Assembly (NCBI GenBank): GCA_028284865.1
Contig: JANQQV010000020.1
Location: 368,760-432,759 of the forward strand
DNA: 64,000 nucleotides
Reading direction: 5' to 3'
Origin: Rhodothermales bacterium
GTDB lineage: Bacteria > Bacteroidota > Rhodothermia > Rhodothermales > UBA10348
Shown here: positions 1 through 10,256 of the stretch, one piece after another
Layout of the letters: every line of letters starts with the position of its first letter
Numbering within the stretch: position 1 is the stretch's first letter
The notes under the pieces: model-generated
Told to the model about the DNA's origin: nothing
Databases searched by the model: none
The model's input: only the letters and a program-made list of their open reading frames with translations
Position numbers and translations under genes: made by a program

Positions 1-2
1 CG

Positions 3-569
3 CTGATCGTCTATCCGATGGCATCGAATCCCGGCCCAACCGTGGTCGCCCGGGTATTGCCAGGCCGGATTCCGGATGCGTTGGCTGCTGCCGAATCGAT
101 CTGGTCCACGGTCTACCCGGACTACCCATTCGGATATTCATTCCTGGACGAGGAATTCCAACAGATCTATCAGCGTGATCAGACCACCGGTCAAGTGGTC
201 AATATTTTCGCCACGCTGGCCATCCTGATCGCGTGTTTGGGACTGTTTGGTCTGGCGTCCTACGCGACGTCACAACGTATCAAGGAAATCGGCGTCAGGA
301 AGGTCCTCGGTGCTTCTGCGCCATCCGTAGTGCGTCTGCTGGTCGTCGACTTCGCCAAGTGGGTCCTGGTCGCAAATGTCTTTGCATGGCCGCTGGCGTG
401 GTACATGTCGTCCCGCTGGTTGGAAGGCTTCGCTTACCGGATAGATGTCGATCCCGTGCTGCTGTTGATTGGCAGCCTGATCGCCCTGGCCATTTCGGTA
501 CTGACTGTCTTATCGCAGACGCTGTCTGCGGCGCGGATGAATCCAGCCGTGGCACTTCGATACGAGTAG
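3..569 (+). CDS. ABC transporter permease, MacB/FtsX family (C-terminal part; 5'-truncated by window edge)
   Basis: Frame is open from the window start. Motifs PFGYSFLDEEF, ILIACLGLFGL, QRIKEIGVRKVLGAS and C-terminal AARMNPAVALRYE are typical of Bacteroidota FtsX-like permeases. Confidence 0.9.
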   Translation: MIVYPMASNPGPTVVARVLPGRIPDALAAAESIWSTVYPDYPFGYSFLDEEFQQIYQRDQTTGQVVNIFATLAILIACLGLFGLASYATSQRIKEIGVRKVLGASAPSVVRLLVVDFAKWVLVANVFAWPLAWYMSSRWLEGFAYRIDVDPVLLLIGSLIALAISVLTVLSQTLSAARMNPAVALRYE

Positions 570-579
570 TTTCCGCGAG

Positions 580-1467
580 CTACCGTTGGAAACCGGGCGC
601 TTCGAACAAATGCTTCACATCATCCGGAGTGAGTACTCGGTCGAAAAACGCCAAGTCGTCGAGCGCCCCCGCGAAAAAAAGAGGGTGCTGGCCCTCTGAT
701 GCGACACGCTTACCCAAGACGACCGGGCCGAATCCGTAATCCAACGCCTCTGCGCCTCCCGAATAACTCGGTCTCGGGGCTGGTAGGCCATTGACATATA
801 TGGTCATGACGATCACGGACTCAACAGAGTCCACAACCGCCACAACATGATGCCATTCCCTTGCTTCGAGCGGGATATTCGAGTGCAAGGTTTTACGGGA
901 GCCAGACCCCATCAGACCACCGTCACCCACACTCACCGCTGGCGCTCCGGTGTGACTATCGAATGTCAAAAAGACACCGGTATTGTGGCTGTCCTGGAAA
1001 CTCGTGGTAATCAATCCAGCAGTCTGCCGAGTTTGGTCCAGACTCACCCAATACGAAACGGAAATTGGAAGTGGAATCTGAAGTGCTCGACCTTGGGAGA
1101 TCGTAGCGAAGTCATCCACACCATCAAACCAGAGAGCCCCAGCACTATTTCCGTGACGATCGGGTACGTAGTGAGGCCCCTCCAATATGGCAAAATGCTG
1201 ACCACCAGCTGCGTCCTCGGGAGATCCGTCGAAAGGCAGCCACGCCAACAGGTCATCTTCGTAGACGCTTGTCAAGTCCTCTTCCTGGTCGCCTGACCGC
1301 TCTCCTCGAGTACTTCGGTCAGCGTCGCGACTCGGAGAATAGATGGTGGTCGAATCGCAACCACCAAATAGAATGGCGCTACCCAGGACCAGAATGAGGA
1401 AACTGAGACGACCCACAGGAACTCGACCGTGAAAACAACAGGCAGGATACCTCTTCAAACTAGACAA
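580..1467 (-). CDS. LamG/concanavalin A-like domain lipoprotein
   Basis: Lipobox-like ILFGGC, then DRHGNSAGALWFDGVDD, WHHVVAV, IYVNG and FAGALDDLAFFDRVL (Laminin_G_3 pattern). The true start may be a GTG slightly downstream. Confidence 0.8.
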   Translation of the reverse strand: MSSLKRYPACCFHGRVPVGRLSFLILVLGSAILFGGCDSTTIYSPSRDADRSTRGERSGDQEEDLTSVYEDDLLAWLPFDGSPEDAAGGQHFAILEGPHYVPDRHGNSAGALWFDGVDDFATISQGRALQIPLPISVSYWVSLDQTRQTAGLITTSFQDSHNTGVFLTFDSHTGAPAVSVGDGGLMGSGSRKTLHSNIPLEAREWHHVVAVVDSVESVIVMTIYVNGLPAPRPSYSGGAEALDYGFGPVVLGKRVASEGQHPLFFAGALDDLAFFDRVLTPDDVKHLFEAPGFQR

Positions 1468-1523
1468 CCGCCTGAACTCTCAAAAGGCATCAATCCCGGC
1501 CCCTCCGGACCTTCGACAATGAC

Positions 1524-2060
1524 CTACTCGAACGAGCGCGAGTCTGCTTCGGCAATTACCCAACGGAAGGACAGCATCCGTGGAATCGGGTCCTCTCCGA
1601 AGACCACTTTGTAGTAGTCCGTAATGTTCAATTTGCCCCAATGACCATCCCGTGTCTGGAAGACAGCGGTGCGTGAAGGAAGCGCAGTGATGATGTGCGA
1701 ATTGAAGTCGTAGTGGAACCAGCGAGACTCTGCGTCACTGGGCAACTGCGACGTTCCATCCTCGTCTTCCGAATACCCTTCTTCTGGCGCTGCGTCAACA
1801 CCGTCGAAAGCCGAGTCCAGCATCTGGGACGGGCCATTGAACTTGACCGATGTGCCCTGGAAGGCTACATCCCAGGCACCAAAGCTCGCTTCCTGCTCAG
1901 AGGCGACACGGTTCTCAGCCAGATTGTAAAACACCCAGCCATCGTCAGAAACGTCCACATGCTGGGCAAACTGGGCATCCTGGGCCTGGGCGATTCCTGC
2001 GAGTGCAAACAGAATCGCGAACAATGAAGCGTTGATTCGTGTGATGGAACGTGCAATCAT
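1524..2060 (-). CDS. hmuY: HmuY-family heme-binding protein
   Basis: WVFYNL, WDVAF, WFHYDFNSH, FQTRDGHWGKLNITDYY and SFRW match the HmuY pattern. Start placed at ATG 2060 (MIARS...), which gives a Sec signal ending AQA-Q. Confidence 0.75.
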   Translation of the reverse strand: MIARSITRINASLFAILFALAGIAQAQDAQFAQHVDVSDDGWVFYNLAENRVASEQEASFGAWDVAFQGTSVKFNGPSQMLDSAFDGVDAAPEEGYSEDEDGTSQLPSDAESRWFHYDFNSHIITALPSRTAVFQTRDGHWGKLNITDYYKVVFGEDPIPRMLSFRWVIAEADSRSFE

Positions 2061-2150
2061 GACGTCGATCGGAAGGTTGAAGTAATTGATTCCCAACTCC
2101 GTGACTGGGATCATGGCATATTACCTCCCCCCGCCAGCAGGTTCCGAATC

Positions 2151-3545
2151 TTGAATCGCCTTCACCGATATTTTGGGCTGCTACTCCTCGTAGCAATCAG
2201 CTTCGTGGCAGCCAGCTGTTCGCCAGCTCCGCAATCTCCCAACCTCATCATCCTGTTTTCGGATGATGCCGGCTATGCCGACTTCGGATTCCACGGCAGC
2301 GACCTCATCCGAACGCCGCATCTGGATCGACTTGCGTCCTCCGGTGTCCAGTTCAGCAATGGCTATGTCACGGCATCGGTCTGCTCCCCTTCCCGAGCCG
2401 GTCTCATGACAGGTCGCTATCAGCAGCGCTTCGGACACGAATTGAATCTGCCCGGAAAGCCTGACCCCACGGTCCCGGATTCAATGAGGGGGCTACCGCT
2501 TTCCGAGAGAACGATCGCCGACTGGTTGTCCGACGCTGGCTATGCGACCGGTCTGATCGGTAAATGGCACTTGGGCCTGGAGGACCACTTCCACCCCATC
2601 AACCGGGGCTTTGACGAGTTCTTCGGGATGCGAAAAGGAAGCGGTCCTTACTACACGGGGCGTAATCAAACGATCGAGGACGGCATGACGCGGGTTCATG
2701 CGGATTCACTCGATTATCTGACGGATGAGTTCGGTACGCGCGCCATCGATTTCATCGATCGGAACCAGGAGGATCCATTTTTTCTTTTCGTCTCGTTTAC
2801 CACTCCTCACACGCCCATGCATGCTCCCGAGGCCATGATGCCTGAGGAGCGACCTCGATTCGAAACCCAGGTCCGAGCACGATACAGCGCCATGATGCGA
2901 TCCCTGGATGACAATGTGGGGCGCATCCTGGAGGCGCTGGATACCAGAGGCCTCCGAGAGAACACGCTGATCTTCTTCGCGAACGATAACGGAGGCGCCA
3001 TGCCATTCAATGGATCGTTGAATGCGCCCCTTCGAGGCGCCAAAGGGACAGCGCTGGAAGGTGGTAACCGGGTGCCTTTCGTCATGTCGTGGCCGGGAAC
3101 GGTTCCGGGCAATCGCATCGTGCACGACCCGGTCATCACGCTCGACATTCTACCGACCTTCTTAGCTGCGGCTGGCGCGCCGATGCCTGCCGATCGAACG
3201 CTGGACGGCGCGGACCTGATGCCCCTCCTGACGGGCGTCTCTGAGACCGCACCACACGACACCCTTTTCTGGAAGATGCAGTGGGGTGCTGCTGTCCGCG
3301 CTGGAAAATGGAAGCTCGTTCGCACCCCGTCCGAAGAGCACTGGCTGTTCAATCTGGATGAGGACGTCGCAGAAGCCAATGACCTGTCCGAGGATCATCC
3401 GGAAATCTTGGAACGTCTTCGATCATCACTGGAAGCCTGGGAAACGACGCATCCGGCGCCCATTTGGCTAATCGACGATGGCTGGCACGCTCGAACCCTC
3501 GAGCGGTACGACCAGACGGTGGTGGACGGCTTCGTCAGGAACTGA
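2151..3545 (+). CDS. Cys-type formylglycine sulfatase (arylsulfatase-like), lipoprotein
   Basis: PNLIILFSDDAGY, CSPSRAGLMTGRY, GKWHLG, NDNGG and GAKG..LEGGNRVP motifs; lipobox VAASC. Confidence 0.92.
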   Translation: MNRLHRYFGLLLLVAISFVAASCSPAPQSPNLIILFSDDAGYADFGFHGSDLIRTPHLDRLASSGVQFSNGYVTASVCSPSRAGLMTGRYQQRFGHELNLPGKPDPTVPDSMRGLPLSERTIADWLSDAGYATGLIGKWHLGLEDHFHPINRGFDEFFGMRKGSGPYYTGRNQTIEDGMTRVHADSLDYLTDEFGTRAIDFIDRNQEDPFFLFVSFTTPHTPMHAPEAMMPEERPRFETQVRARYSAMMRSLDDNVGRILEALDTRGLRENTLIFFANDNGGAMPFNGSLNAPLRGAKGTALEGGNRVPFVMSWPGTVPGNRIVHDPVITLDILPTFLAAAGAPMPADRTLDGADLMPLLTGVSETAPHDTLFWKMQWGAAVRAGKWKLVRTPSEEHWLFNLDEDVAEANDLSEDHPEILERLRSSLEAWETTHPAPIWLIDDGWHARTLERYDQTVVDGFVRN

Positions 3546-3588
3546 TCGGTCAGGAAGCGAGGTCGGCGCGCCGTACACCTAGGACCAT

Positions 3589-5391
3589 CTACTCCTCGAG
3601 GTCCGACCCGTTCATCGCCAAACGATGGGCATCGTGGTAGTGATGGATCAGCTGCGCCCAATCAAAATGCTGGGCGAAGTTCTCGGCACGGTTTCGCTGC
3701 GCGATTCGTTGGCGCTGACTCTGCTGGCAGAACTTGAACATCATGTCCGCCAACTGCCGAGCAGATTCGTCGCGCTCTTTTCCTTTCCGATCAACTACAT
3801 ACAGGCCCGCCCGTTGATGCAGGCGACGATACTCAGCTGCGTACGCACCGAATCCTGCCAGGTCTGAGCTGATCGCAGGAATACCCAGAGCCAGTGTCTC
3901 CAAAGGCGTGTAGCCCCATGGCTCGTACGAACTCGGGAAGACACCCAGGTGGCAACCGCGGATGAGCTCTTCGTAGTCCATTCCGAACAAGGGGTTGGCT
4001 GAGTCAACGAAATCGGGGTGGTAAACGATTTTGACCTTGTCGTGGGCATTGTTGAACAGCTCCAGCTCTCGAAGCTTGTTCAATACTTCGTCTCCTCCAT
4101 CGTCCAATACGTCATGGGTAACAATGGGCGGAAGCCAGTCCCGATTCCAGGCATGCTGCGCACGGCGAATACGCAGCTTCCAGTAGTCAGGCACCATCTC
4201 ATTCAAGTCGATATTTCCTCCCGACGCCAGCCGCTCCGTCAGCGTTTTCTGCACCTCATCCGTGACGCTTCGGGCAATGACTTCGAATTCCCTGAACATG
4301 TTTGCATATTCCAGCGAATGGACGGCCATGTTCCGAACCGGGCGCTTGGTGATCAGGAGGAAAATCACCGTTTTGGGCGACTTGAGATCCTGGAGACGTT
4401 GATTGAGCATGGACAGCGCCTCGAGCGTGAGGTCCATGCCCTTGTTCTTGAACTCGAATCGACCCGATGTGAAGAAGTACAGCGTTTGGGAAAGGTCGAA
4501 GGAGTACGATGGAAAGAAGTATCCCATCGTGAATTTGTGCAGCTTGGAGCGATTCTCTGCATGGCGCTGCTGCAGGTAGTGCAGCGCCTGGAAACGTTTG
4601 GTATTCAGCCCGTTCGGAACCAACACATCGGGCTTTCTTTCCAGGAGATGGATGCATTCCTGACCCGTGATACCCGAGACGGTCGTGAACACATCTGCGC
4701 TCTGTGCCGCGGCTTTTTCCAGTCCATGCTGAGCCGCGATCCCGAATTCCTCTGCAGAGGCCTCGGCGTCAAATTCAGGTAGCCGGCTGTAGAAACGCTC
4801 CTCGTTCATTGCCAGATAGCGTCCGATGAGCGTGGCGTGCGTGGTGAATACCGTCCCCCCCTTCCATCCCGCATCTTTCATCAGAGGTAGGGCGACAGCC
4901 GCCATCCACTCATGGAAGTGCGCAAGAATCTCGGATTCATCGTGGCAGGCAGCAAAATGTTTGAAAAAGGCCTCGACGCCCACCGACAACGCGACGACGT
5001 CCATCACCAGTTCATCATTCCTGGGGATCTCGATTCCAAGAAGGGTCTCGATGCGTTGTGCCTGCGATTCGGCTTGAGGCCGCAGCGGGTCCAATCCGAG
5101 GAGAATCGCACGTGGTTGACCGGAGACCTGCCATCGCCCGACCCTCACTTCAAGCCCATCGTTGCGAAGGGCTTCGGCAGCCGTGTCAATCGCGTCCCCA
5201 AGGATCTCGTCTTCGAACTCGATGGCGGCTTGCGAGTCGTTCAGGGGACCGAGGAGCGCATACTGTTCTCCCCACTCCTCCACCATGTTCGGCGCCTTGG
5301 AGCGAAGCACTGTGTAGATCCCGCCTACTTTATTGCAGACTTCCCATCCGGCCTCGATGAGGTATGTACTTGCTGATCGTTTGGCTGTCAT
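3589..5391 (-). CDS. Glycogen/starch synthase, GT3 family (yeast/animal-type)
   Basis: EAGWEVCNKVGGIYTV, HFHEW, FTTHATLIGR, SGRFEFKNKG and GCHLGVFPSSYEPWGYTPLE are GT3 signatures. Start placed at MTAKRS (5391). Confidence 0.92.
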   Translation of the reverse strand: MTAKRSASTYLIEAGWEVCNKVGGIYTVLRSKAPNMVEEWGEQYALLGPLNDSQAAIEFEDEILGDAIDTAAEALRNDGLEVRVGRWQVSGQPRAILLGLDPLRPQAESQAQRIETLLGIEIPRNDELVMDVVALSVGVEAFFKHFAACHDESEILAHFHEWMAAVALPLMKDAGWKGGTVFTTHATLIGRYLAMNEERFYSRLPEFDAEASAEEFGIAAQHGLEKAAAQSADVFTTVSGITGQECIHLLERKPDVLVPNGLNTKRFQALHYLQQRHAENRSKLHKFTMGYFFPSYSFDLSQTLYFFTSGRFEFKNKGMDLTLEALSMLNQRLQDLKSPKTVIFLLITKRPVRNMAVHSLEYANMFREFEVIARSVTDEVQKTLTERLASGGNIDLNEMVPDYWKLRIRRAQHAWNRDWLPPIVTHDVLDDGGDEVLNKLRELELFNNAHDKVKIVYHPDFVDSANPLFGMDYEELIRGCHLGVFPSSYEPWGYTPLETLALGIPAISSDLAGFGAYAAEYRRLHQRAGLYVVDRKGKERDESARQLADMMFKFCQQSQRQRIAQRNRAENFAQHFDWAQLIHHYHDAHRLAMNGSDLEE

Positions 5392-5577
5392 GTGCCTTCC
5401 CAGGTCTGTGTTCGGCTCGAGATTCTGATTGACGGGAATCTTTGTGCAAGCACGAAATGCGGGCCTTGATGATCCCAGTCCCGAGTGTCCGATTTCACGT
5501 ATTCGCCACAGCTCCAAGGTAACACGGCGAACGGCATCCGGACTCAGGGATACCGCAGAAAAGATGCCATCAGCGCC

Positions 5578-6315
5578 ATGAACAACCTATCCAACTCACC
5601 CATCCTGTCCGTCTCTGATTTGAGCAAGTCCTACCAGGAAGGCTCAAAGTCCCGTGATGTTCTCCAAGGGCTATCCTTCGAGATCAATCGCGGAGAATTG
5701 ATCGTGTTGCTCGGACGCAGCGGCTCGGGCAAAAGCACACTGCTGAACATGATCAGCGGGATGGACGCGCCGACATCAGGCTCGATCCGGTTTCAAAACA
5801 CCGATCTGACATCCCTGACCGAGAGCCAGCGCACGCTCTTCAGAAGGCACTCGATCGGCATCATCTTCCAGTCCTTCAATCTCATCCCCACACTTACAGT
5901 CGAGGAGAACATCCTGCTGCCCCTCGAGCTTGATGGCTCGGTTACCCCAGAGCAGCGAAAGAAAGCACTGGATGTTCTGGATGAGGTTGGCCTCGGAGAT
6001 CGCAATCGCAGTTTTCCCGATCTCCTTTCGGGTGGCGAACAGCAACGAGTAGCCATTGCTCGGGCGTTGGCGCATGATCCCATGCTGATACTGGCGGACG
6101 AACCAACCGGAAACCTGGACTTCAGGACGGCCGAGGTGGTCATGACCATTCTTGAGCGCATCGTCCACGACAAGGAGCGCACCATGCTCATCGCCACGCA
6201 TGATCGCGACATCATCGGTCTGGCAGATCGCGTTCTGGAGCTGCGCGAAGGCGTGCTTCACGAGATCGACCCAACCAGTTACGCGACTCACCAGTCCGGC
6301 TCGCTCGCCGGCTGA
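5578..6315 (+). CDS. ABC transporter ATP-binding protein (LolD/MacB-type)
   Basis: Walker A GRSGSGKS, signature LSGGEQQRVAIARAL, Walker B ILADEPTGNLD and H-loop ATHD. Confidence 0.95.
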   Translation: MNNLSNSPILSVSDLSKSYQEGSKSRDVLQGLSFEINRGELIVLLGRSGSGKSTLLNMISGMDAPTSGSIRFQNTDLTSLTESQRTLFRRHSIGIIFQSFNLIPTLTVEENILLPLELDGSVTPEQRKKALDVLDEVGLGDRNRSFPDLLSGGEQQRVAIARALAHDPMLILADEPTGNLDFRTAEVVMTILERIVHDKERTMLIATHDRDIIGLADRVLELREGVLHEIDPTSYATHQSGSLAG

Positions 6316-6349
6316 TGGGGGCTTTGAACTACTGACCCGCAGACTCGTC

Positions 6350-8932
6350 ATGTCATCGCAGCCATCGATCCCACCCTTCTGGCCACGACGCATCCTTCGA
6401 AGGAGCAGTCGCCGATATCTGGCTCGGCATCCCCTCCTCATGGCCCTCTCCATCCTGGGGGTCGCCGTGGGCGTCGCTGTGGTTGTGGGTATTGATCTGG
6501 CGAATACAAGCGCTCGAACGGCCTTCAAGCTGTCCACGGAAACCGTCGCCGGGAGAGCGACTCACGCTCTCGTGGCAGGCAACGGGCAGCTTTCAGACTC
6601 GGTGTTCACCAGCCTGAGAGTGGACGTCGGTTACCGTGATTCTGCTCCAGCCATTGAAGGATCTGTCCGCATGGGCGCGCCCGATGGGCAGGTCGTGCAG
6701 GTACTCGGGATTGATCCCCTGGCCGAAGAACCTTTCCGCTCCTTTACCGGCGGTCCCCAATCCAACCTGAATCTGGGCCGCTTCATGGGCCAAGTCCCCG
6801 CGGTACTCCTCTCTGAGCCCACCGCTTCTCGACTTTCCCTGTCGGAAGGGTCTTCATTCTCCGTGTGGAAAGAAGGTCGTGAAGTCGAGTTGGTTATCGA
6901 GGGCTTCCTTCCTTCTGACTCCGACCTGGACGCCGCAGCGCTTGATAATCTGCTGATCACGGATATCTCGACGGCTCAAGCCCTCTTGGCCATGCCAGGC
7001 GAATTGACCCGCATTGATCTCATTTTGCCGGACTCGCCCGCAGACGAAGCGGTCATTCAGGAGATCAAATCATGGCTACCTGCTAACGTCGAACTTCGGG
7101 CCGCGGCAACGCGAACCGGAACGCTCGACCAGATGACACGAGCCTTTTCCCTGAACCTGACGGCCATGAGCCTGCTGGCGCTGGTCGTAGGCATGTTCTT
7201 GATCTACAACACCATGACCTTCTCTGTCGTGCAGCGTCGGCCCCTCCTCGGCAGACTACGCGCGGTAGGGGTCACACGGCGGGAAATGGTGTGGATGGTG
7301 TTGGGAGAAGCGGCCATGATCGGCACCGTGGGGTCCATCATCGGTGTGGCAGGTGGAGTGCTGTTGGGCAACGCCCTGGTTGGCCTCGTCACGCAAACCA
7401 TCAATGACCTCTATTTCGTCGTACGCATCCGGGAATTGGATCTCTCGATGTGGACGCTCCTCAAAGGTATGGCCGTAGGCCTTGGTAGCACGATTCTGTC
7501 GGCGTTGCCACCCGCTCGTGAAGCCACGCGAACCTCTCCAAGCATGGTGCTCAAACGGTCGACGTCCGAATCGAGTACCCGCGAGAAGATCCCCAGCCTT
7601 CTCATCGCAGGACTGGGCCTCTTGGTACTCGGGGCCGCCATCCTGTGGCTGTCTGGCCAGAGCATCGCATGGAGCTACCTCGGTATCCTCGCGGTGATTC
7701 TTGCCTTCGCTTGTTGGACACCTCCATTGGTACTCTGGGGAGCGCGTTTGATGCGACCCGTTCTGGGTCGATTCTTCGGAATCATTGGCCGCATGGGAGC
7801 CTCCGGCATTGAGCAGTCCCTGAGTCGATCTGCCATAGCCGTTGTGGCCCTTACGATTGCGGTTTCAGCCACAACAGGCGTTGGAGTCATGGTGGACTCC
7901 TTTCGGACGACCGTGAACACCTGGCTGACGTATTCGCTTGAAGCGGACATCTACATCTCTCCTCCCGGGGATGTATTCCGCAGGAACGACGCCACCATTC
8001 TGAAAACGGCAGAAGAGAGCATCCGCACGGCCCCGGGCGTAGCCGAGGTCTACTCGGTTCGAACCGCTCGCGTCACGATCGATGGCCGCGAGTCGGATCT
8101 GATCGTCACGGAGCCCCGTCCTCGTGAACTTGAGCCCGGTCGGTACAAGAGTCGCATGTCGGGGGATCATCGCTCAGCCATGCGAGAGCGTGATGTAGTG
8201 ATGGTTTCGGAACCCTATGCGTTCCTCTACAACGTGGATGTCGGCGATACGCTGGAGATTGTGACGAAAACAGGACCGACACCATTCGAAGTCGGTGCGA
8301 TTTACTACGACTACGCTTCGGACCTGGGACTCGTGCAGATGACCCGGTCGCGATACGACATTCATTTCGATGACCCACTGGTATCCGGTCTGGCTGTTTA
8401 CGTCGAAACGGGCCTCGACCCTTCCGCGATCACAGAAGACCTCCGGACCCGCACCGCCTCCATCCAGGGGCTGAATATCCGATCGAACCGCGATCTGCGT
8501 CAGGCTTCGCTCGATGTGTTCGACCAGACCTTCACCGTCACGACCGTCTTGCGACTGTTGGCCATCCTTGTGGCTTTTGTAGGCGTGTTGACCGCATTGA
8601 TGGCCCTCCAGCTGGAGCGTTCCCGGGAGCTGGCGGTGCTTCGGGCCAACGGTATGACCCCAGGGCAAGTCGGACGGATGATCACCGTCCAGACCTCCTC
8701 GATGGGACTGCTGGCAGGGATTCTGTCTGTGCCACTGGGTTTGGTCCTTGCATGGCTGTTGATCTATGTGATCAACCAACGCTCGTTCGGCTGGACGCTC
8801 CAATTCCAGATCGACGGCGCGATTCTGCTGCAGGCTGTCCTCTTGGCCATTGTAGCTGCTGCTCTCGCGGCCATTTATCCCGCCATCTCCATGGGGAAAA
8901 CGAACCCGACCGAGGCATTGCGAACAGAATGA
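6350..8932 (+). CDS. ABC transporter permease with duplicated MacB/FtsX domains (AttF/G-like)
   Basis: Two FtsX repeats (VVQRRPLLGRLRAVG; LERSRELAVLRANGMT) and C-terminal VINQRSFGWTL. Start set at MSSQPS (6350). Confidence 0.9.
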   Translation: MSSQPSIPPFWPRRILRRSSRRYLARHPLLMALSILGVAVGVAVVVGIDLANTSARTAFKLSTETVAGRATHALVAGNGQLSDSVFTSLRVDVGYRDSAPAIEGSVRMGAPDGQVVQVLGIDPLAEEPFRSFTGGPQSNLNLGRFMGQVPAVLLSEPTASRLSLSEGSSFSVWKEGREVELVIEGFLPSDSDLDAAALDNLLITDISTAQALLAMPGELTRIDLILPDSPADEAVIQEIKSWLPANVELRAAATRTGTLDQMTRAFSLNLTAMSLLALVVGMFLIYNTMTFSVVQRRPLLGRLRAVGVTRREMVWMVLGEAAMIGTVGSIIGVAGGVLLGNALVGLVTQTINDLYFVVRIRELDLSMWTLLKGMAVGLGSTILSALPPAREATRTSPSMVLKRSTSESSTREKIPSLLIAGLGLLVLGAAILWLSGQSIAWSYLGILAVILAFACWTPPLVLWGARLMRPVLGRFFGIIGRMGASGIEQSLSRSAIAVVALTIAVSATTGVGVMVDSFRTTVNTWLTYSLEADIYISPPGDVFRRNDATILKTAEESIRTAPGVAEVYSVRTARVTIDGRESDLIVTEPRPRELEPGRYKSRMSGDHRSAMRERDVVMVSEPYAFLYNVDVGDTLEIVTKTGPTPFEVGAIYYDYASDLGLVQMTRSRYDIHFDDPLVSGLAVYVETGLDPSAITEDLRTRTASIQGLNIRSNRDLRQASLDVFDQTFTVTTVLRLLAILVAFVGVLTALMALQLERSRELAVLRANGMTPGQVGRMITVQTSSMGLLAGILSVPLGLVLAWLLIYVINQRSFGWTLQFQIDGAILLQAVLLAIVAAALAAIYPAISMGKTNPTEALRTE

Positions 8933-10143
8933 GACGATCATTGAACAAGATGCAGAATGCGCGTCTGCCGATGGCTGGTATGGCCGTGGCTTGGCTGCTG
9001 GTTGTGGGAGTCGTTATTGCGGGCTGCGGTACAGCACCGACGCCGGAAAACCAGGATGAACCTCTCGAGCTCGCCGCAGCGATGGGCGGCGACACGTTGG
9101 GATACGCACGCGCGGACCAGGTTCGGGAATTTGATTTCCCGACGGACTACGGCGCGCATCCGGACTACAAAACCGAGTGGTGGTACTTCACGGGAAACCT
9201 GTTCTCTGACGAAGGCCGCCGATTTGGCTACGAAATGGTCGTCTTTCGCACCGCCATGGCGCCGGAGGACACCACTCAAACGCCAATTGCATCCGACTGG
9301 ACCACACGACAGCTTTATATGGGTCACTTTTCGCTGGCTGATCCTGAAACGGGCGATTTCCACGCGTTTGAGCGATTCAGCCGCGGTGGTGCTGGGCTGG
9401 CAGGGGCTGAATCTCCTCCCTTCCGGATCTGGCTGAACGACTGGACGATGGCTTCGATGGATGCATTCAATCCTGACGAACTGTTCCCTATTCGCTTGCA
9501 GGCTCAAGAAGACGGTGTTGCGATCGACCTCACCCTGAACGCGATCAAGCCTATCGTCCTTCAGGGAGATCGTGGCTGGGACCCGAAAGGTGCTGGCGCA
9601 GGAAATGCCAGCTACTACTACTCATTCACCCGAATGGAAACGACAGGGACCGTCACGATTCCGGATGGCACGTTCGACATCACCGGGCAGAGTTGGAAAG
9701 ACCACGAGTGGAGTACGTCAGCGCTTGGTCCAGACGAAACGGGTTGGGACTGGTTTGCCCTTCAGTTGGACGACGGTCGAGACATCATGTACTACCAGCT
9801 GCGTCGTGAAGACGGATCGGTCAGCCCATTTACGGGCGGTTCATTCATCGAAGTGGACGGGTCGAAGCGGCACTTGACCACAGGCGAAGTGGAGCTGATC
9901 GTGCTGGACACCTGGCAAAGCGATGTCAGCGGCGCTGAATATCCCGTTCGCTGGGAGCTGAACATCCCGGCCGAAGACCTTGCATTGGAGATTAGTGCTG
10001 TTCAACCCAACCAGGAGCTAAACGTCTCCGTGCGATACTGGGAAGGGGCCGTGGACATTTCCGGCAGGTATGGAGACCAGCCCGCAAGTGGCGTCGGGTA
10101 CGTTGAGCTGACGGGGTACGACACACAGCAGCTCCCGCAGTAG
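8929..10143 (+). CDS. AttH/CrtC-like lipocalin-fold lipoprotein
   Basis: FPTDYGAHPDYKTEWWYFTGNL, ASYYYS, WKDHEWS, GWDWFALQLDDG, YWEGAV and GYVELTGY motifs; lipobox IAGC; ATGA overlap with the upstream permease stop. Confidence 0.88.
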   Translation: MRRSLNKMQNARLPMAGMAVAWLLVVGVVIAGCGTAPTPENQDEPLELAAAMGGDTLGYARADQVREFDFPTDYGAHPDYKTEWWYFTGNLFSDEGRRFGYEMVVFRTAMAPEDTTQTPIASDWTTRQLYMGHFSLADPETGDFHAFERFSRGGAGLAGAESPPFRIWLNDWTMASMDAFNPDELFPIRLQAQEDGVAIDLTLNAIKPIVLQGDRGWDPKGAGAGNASYYYSFTRMETTGTVTIPDGTFDITGQSWKDHEWSTSALGPDETGWDWFALQLDDGRDIMYYQLRREDGSVSPFTGGSFIEVDGSKRHLTTGEVELIVLDTWQSDVSGAEYPVRWELNIPAEDLALEISAVQPNQELNVSVRYWEGAVDISGRYGDQPASGVGYVELTGYDTQQLPQ

Positions 10144-10190
10144 GGACGGTAAGCCCTGGCGCAACCCTGGGCAAACCCCCACAGAATGCA

Positions 10191-10224
10191 AAAAGCCGGC
10201 TCTTCGCAAGAAGAGCCGGCTTTT
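10191..10224. terminator. Bidirectional rho-independent terminator
   Basis: AAAAGCCGGCTCTTC-GCAA-GAAGAGCCGGCTTTT between the convergent attH-like gene and tRNA-Leu. Confidence 0.85.
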
Positions 10225-10256
10225 CCTTTGCTTCGCAGCATTGCTGATCGGCAATG

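Noticed and set aside
8929-10143. Calling the lipocalin-fold gene crtC (carotenoid hydratase)
   Set aside because: The ABC-operon context and lipoprotein signal fit the AttH-like group, and no crt genes are nearby.
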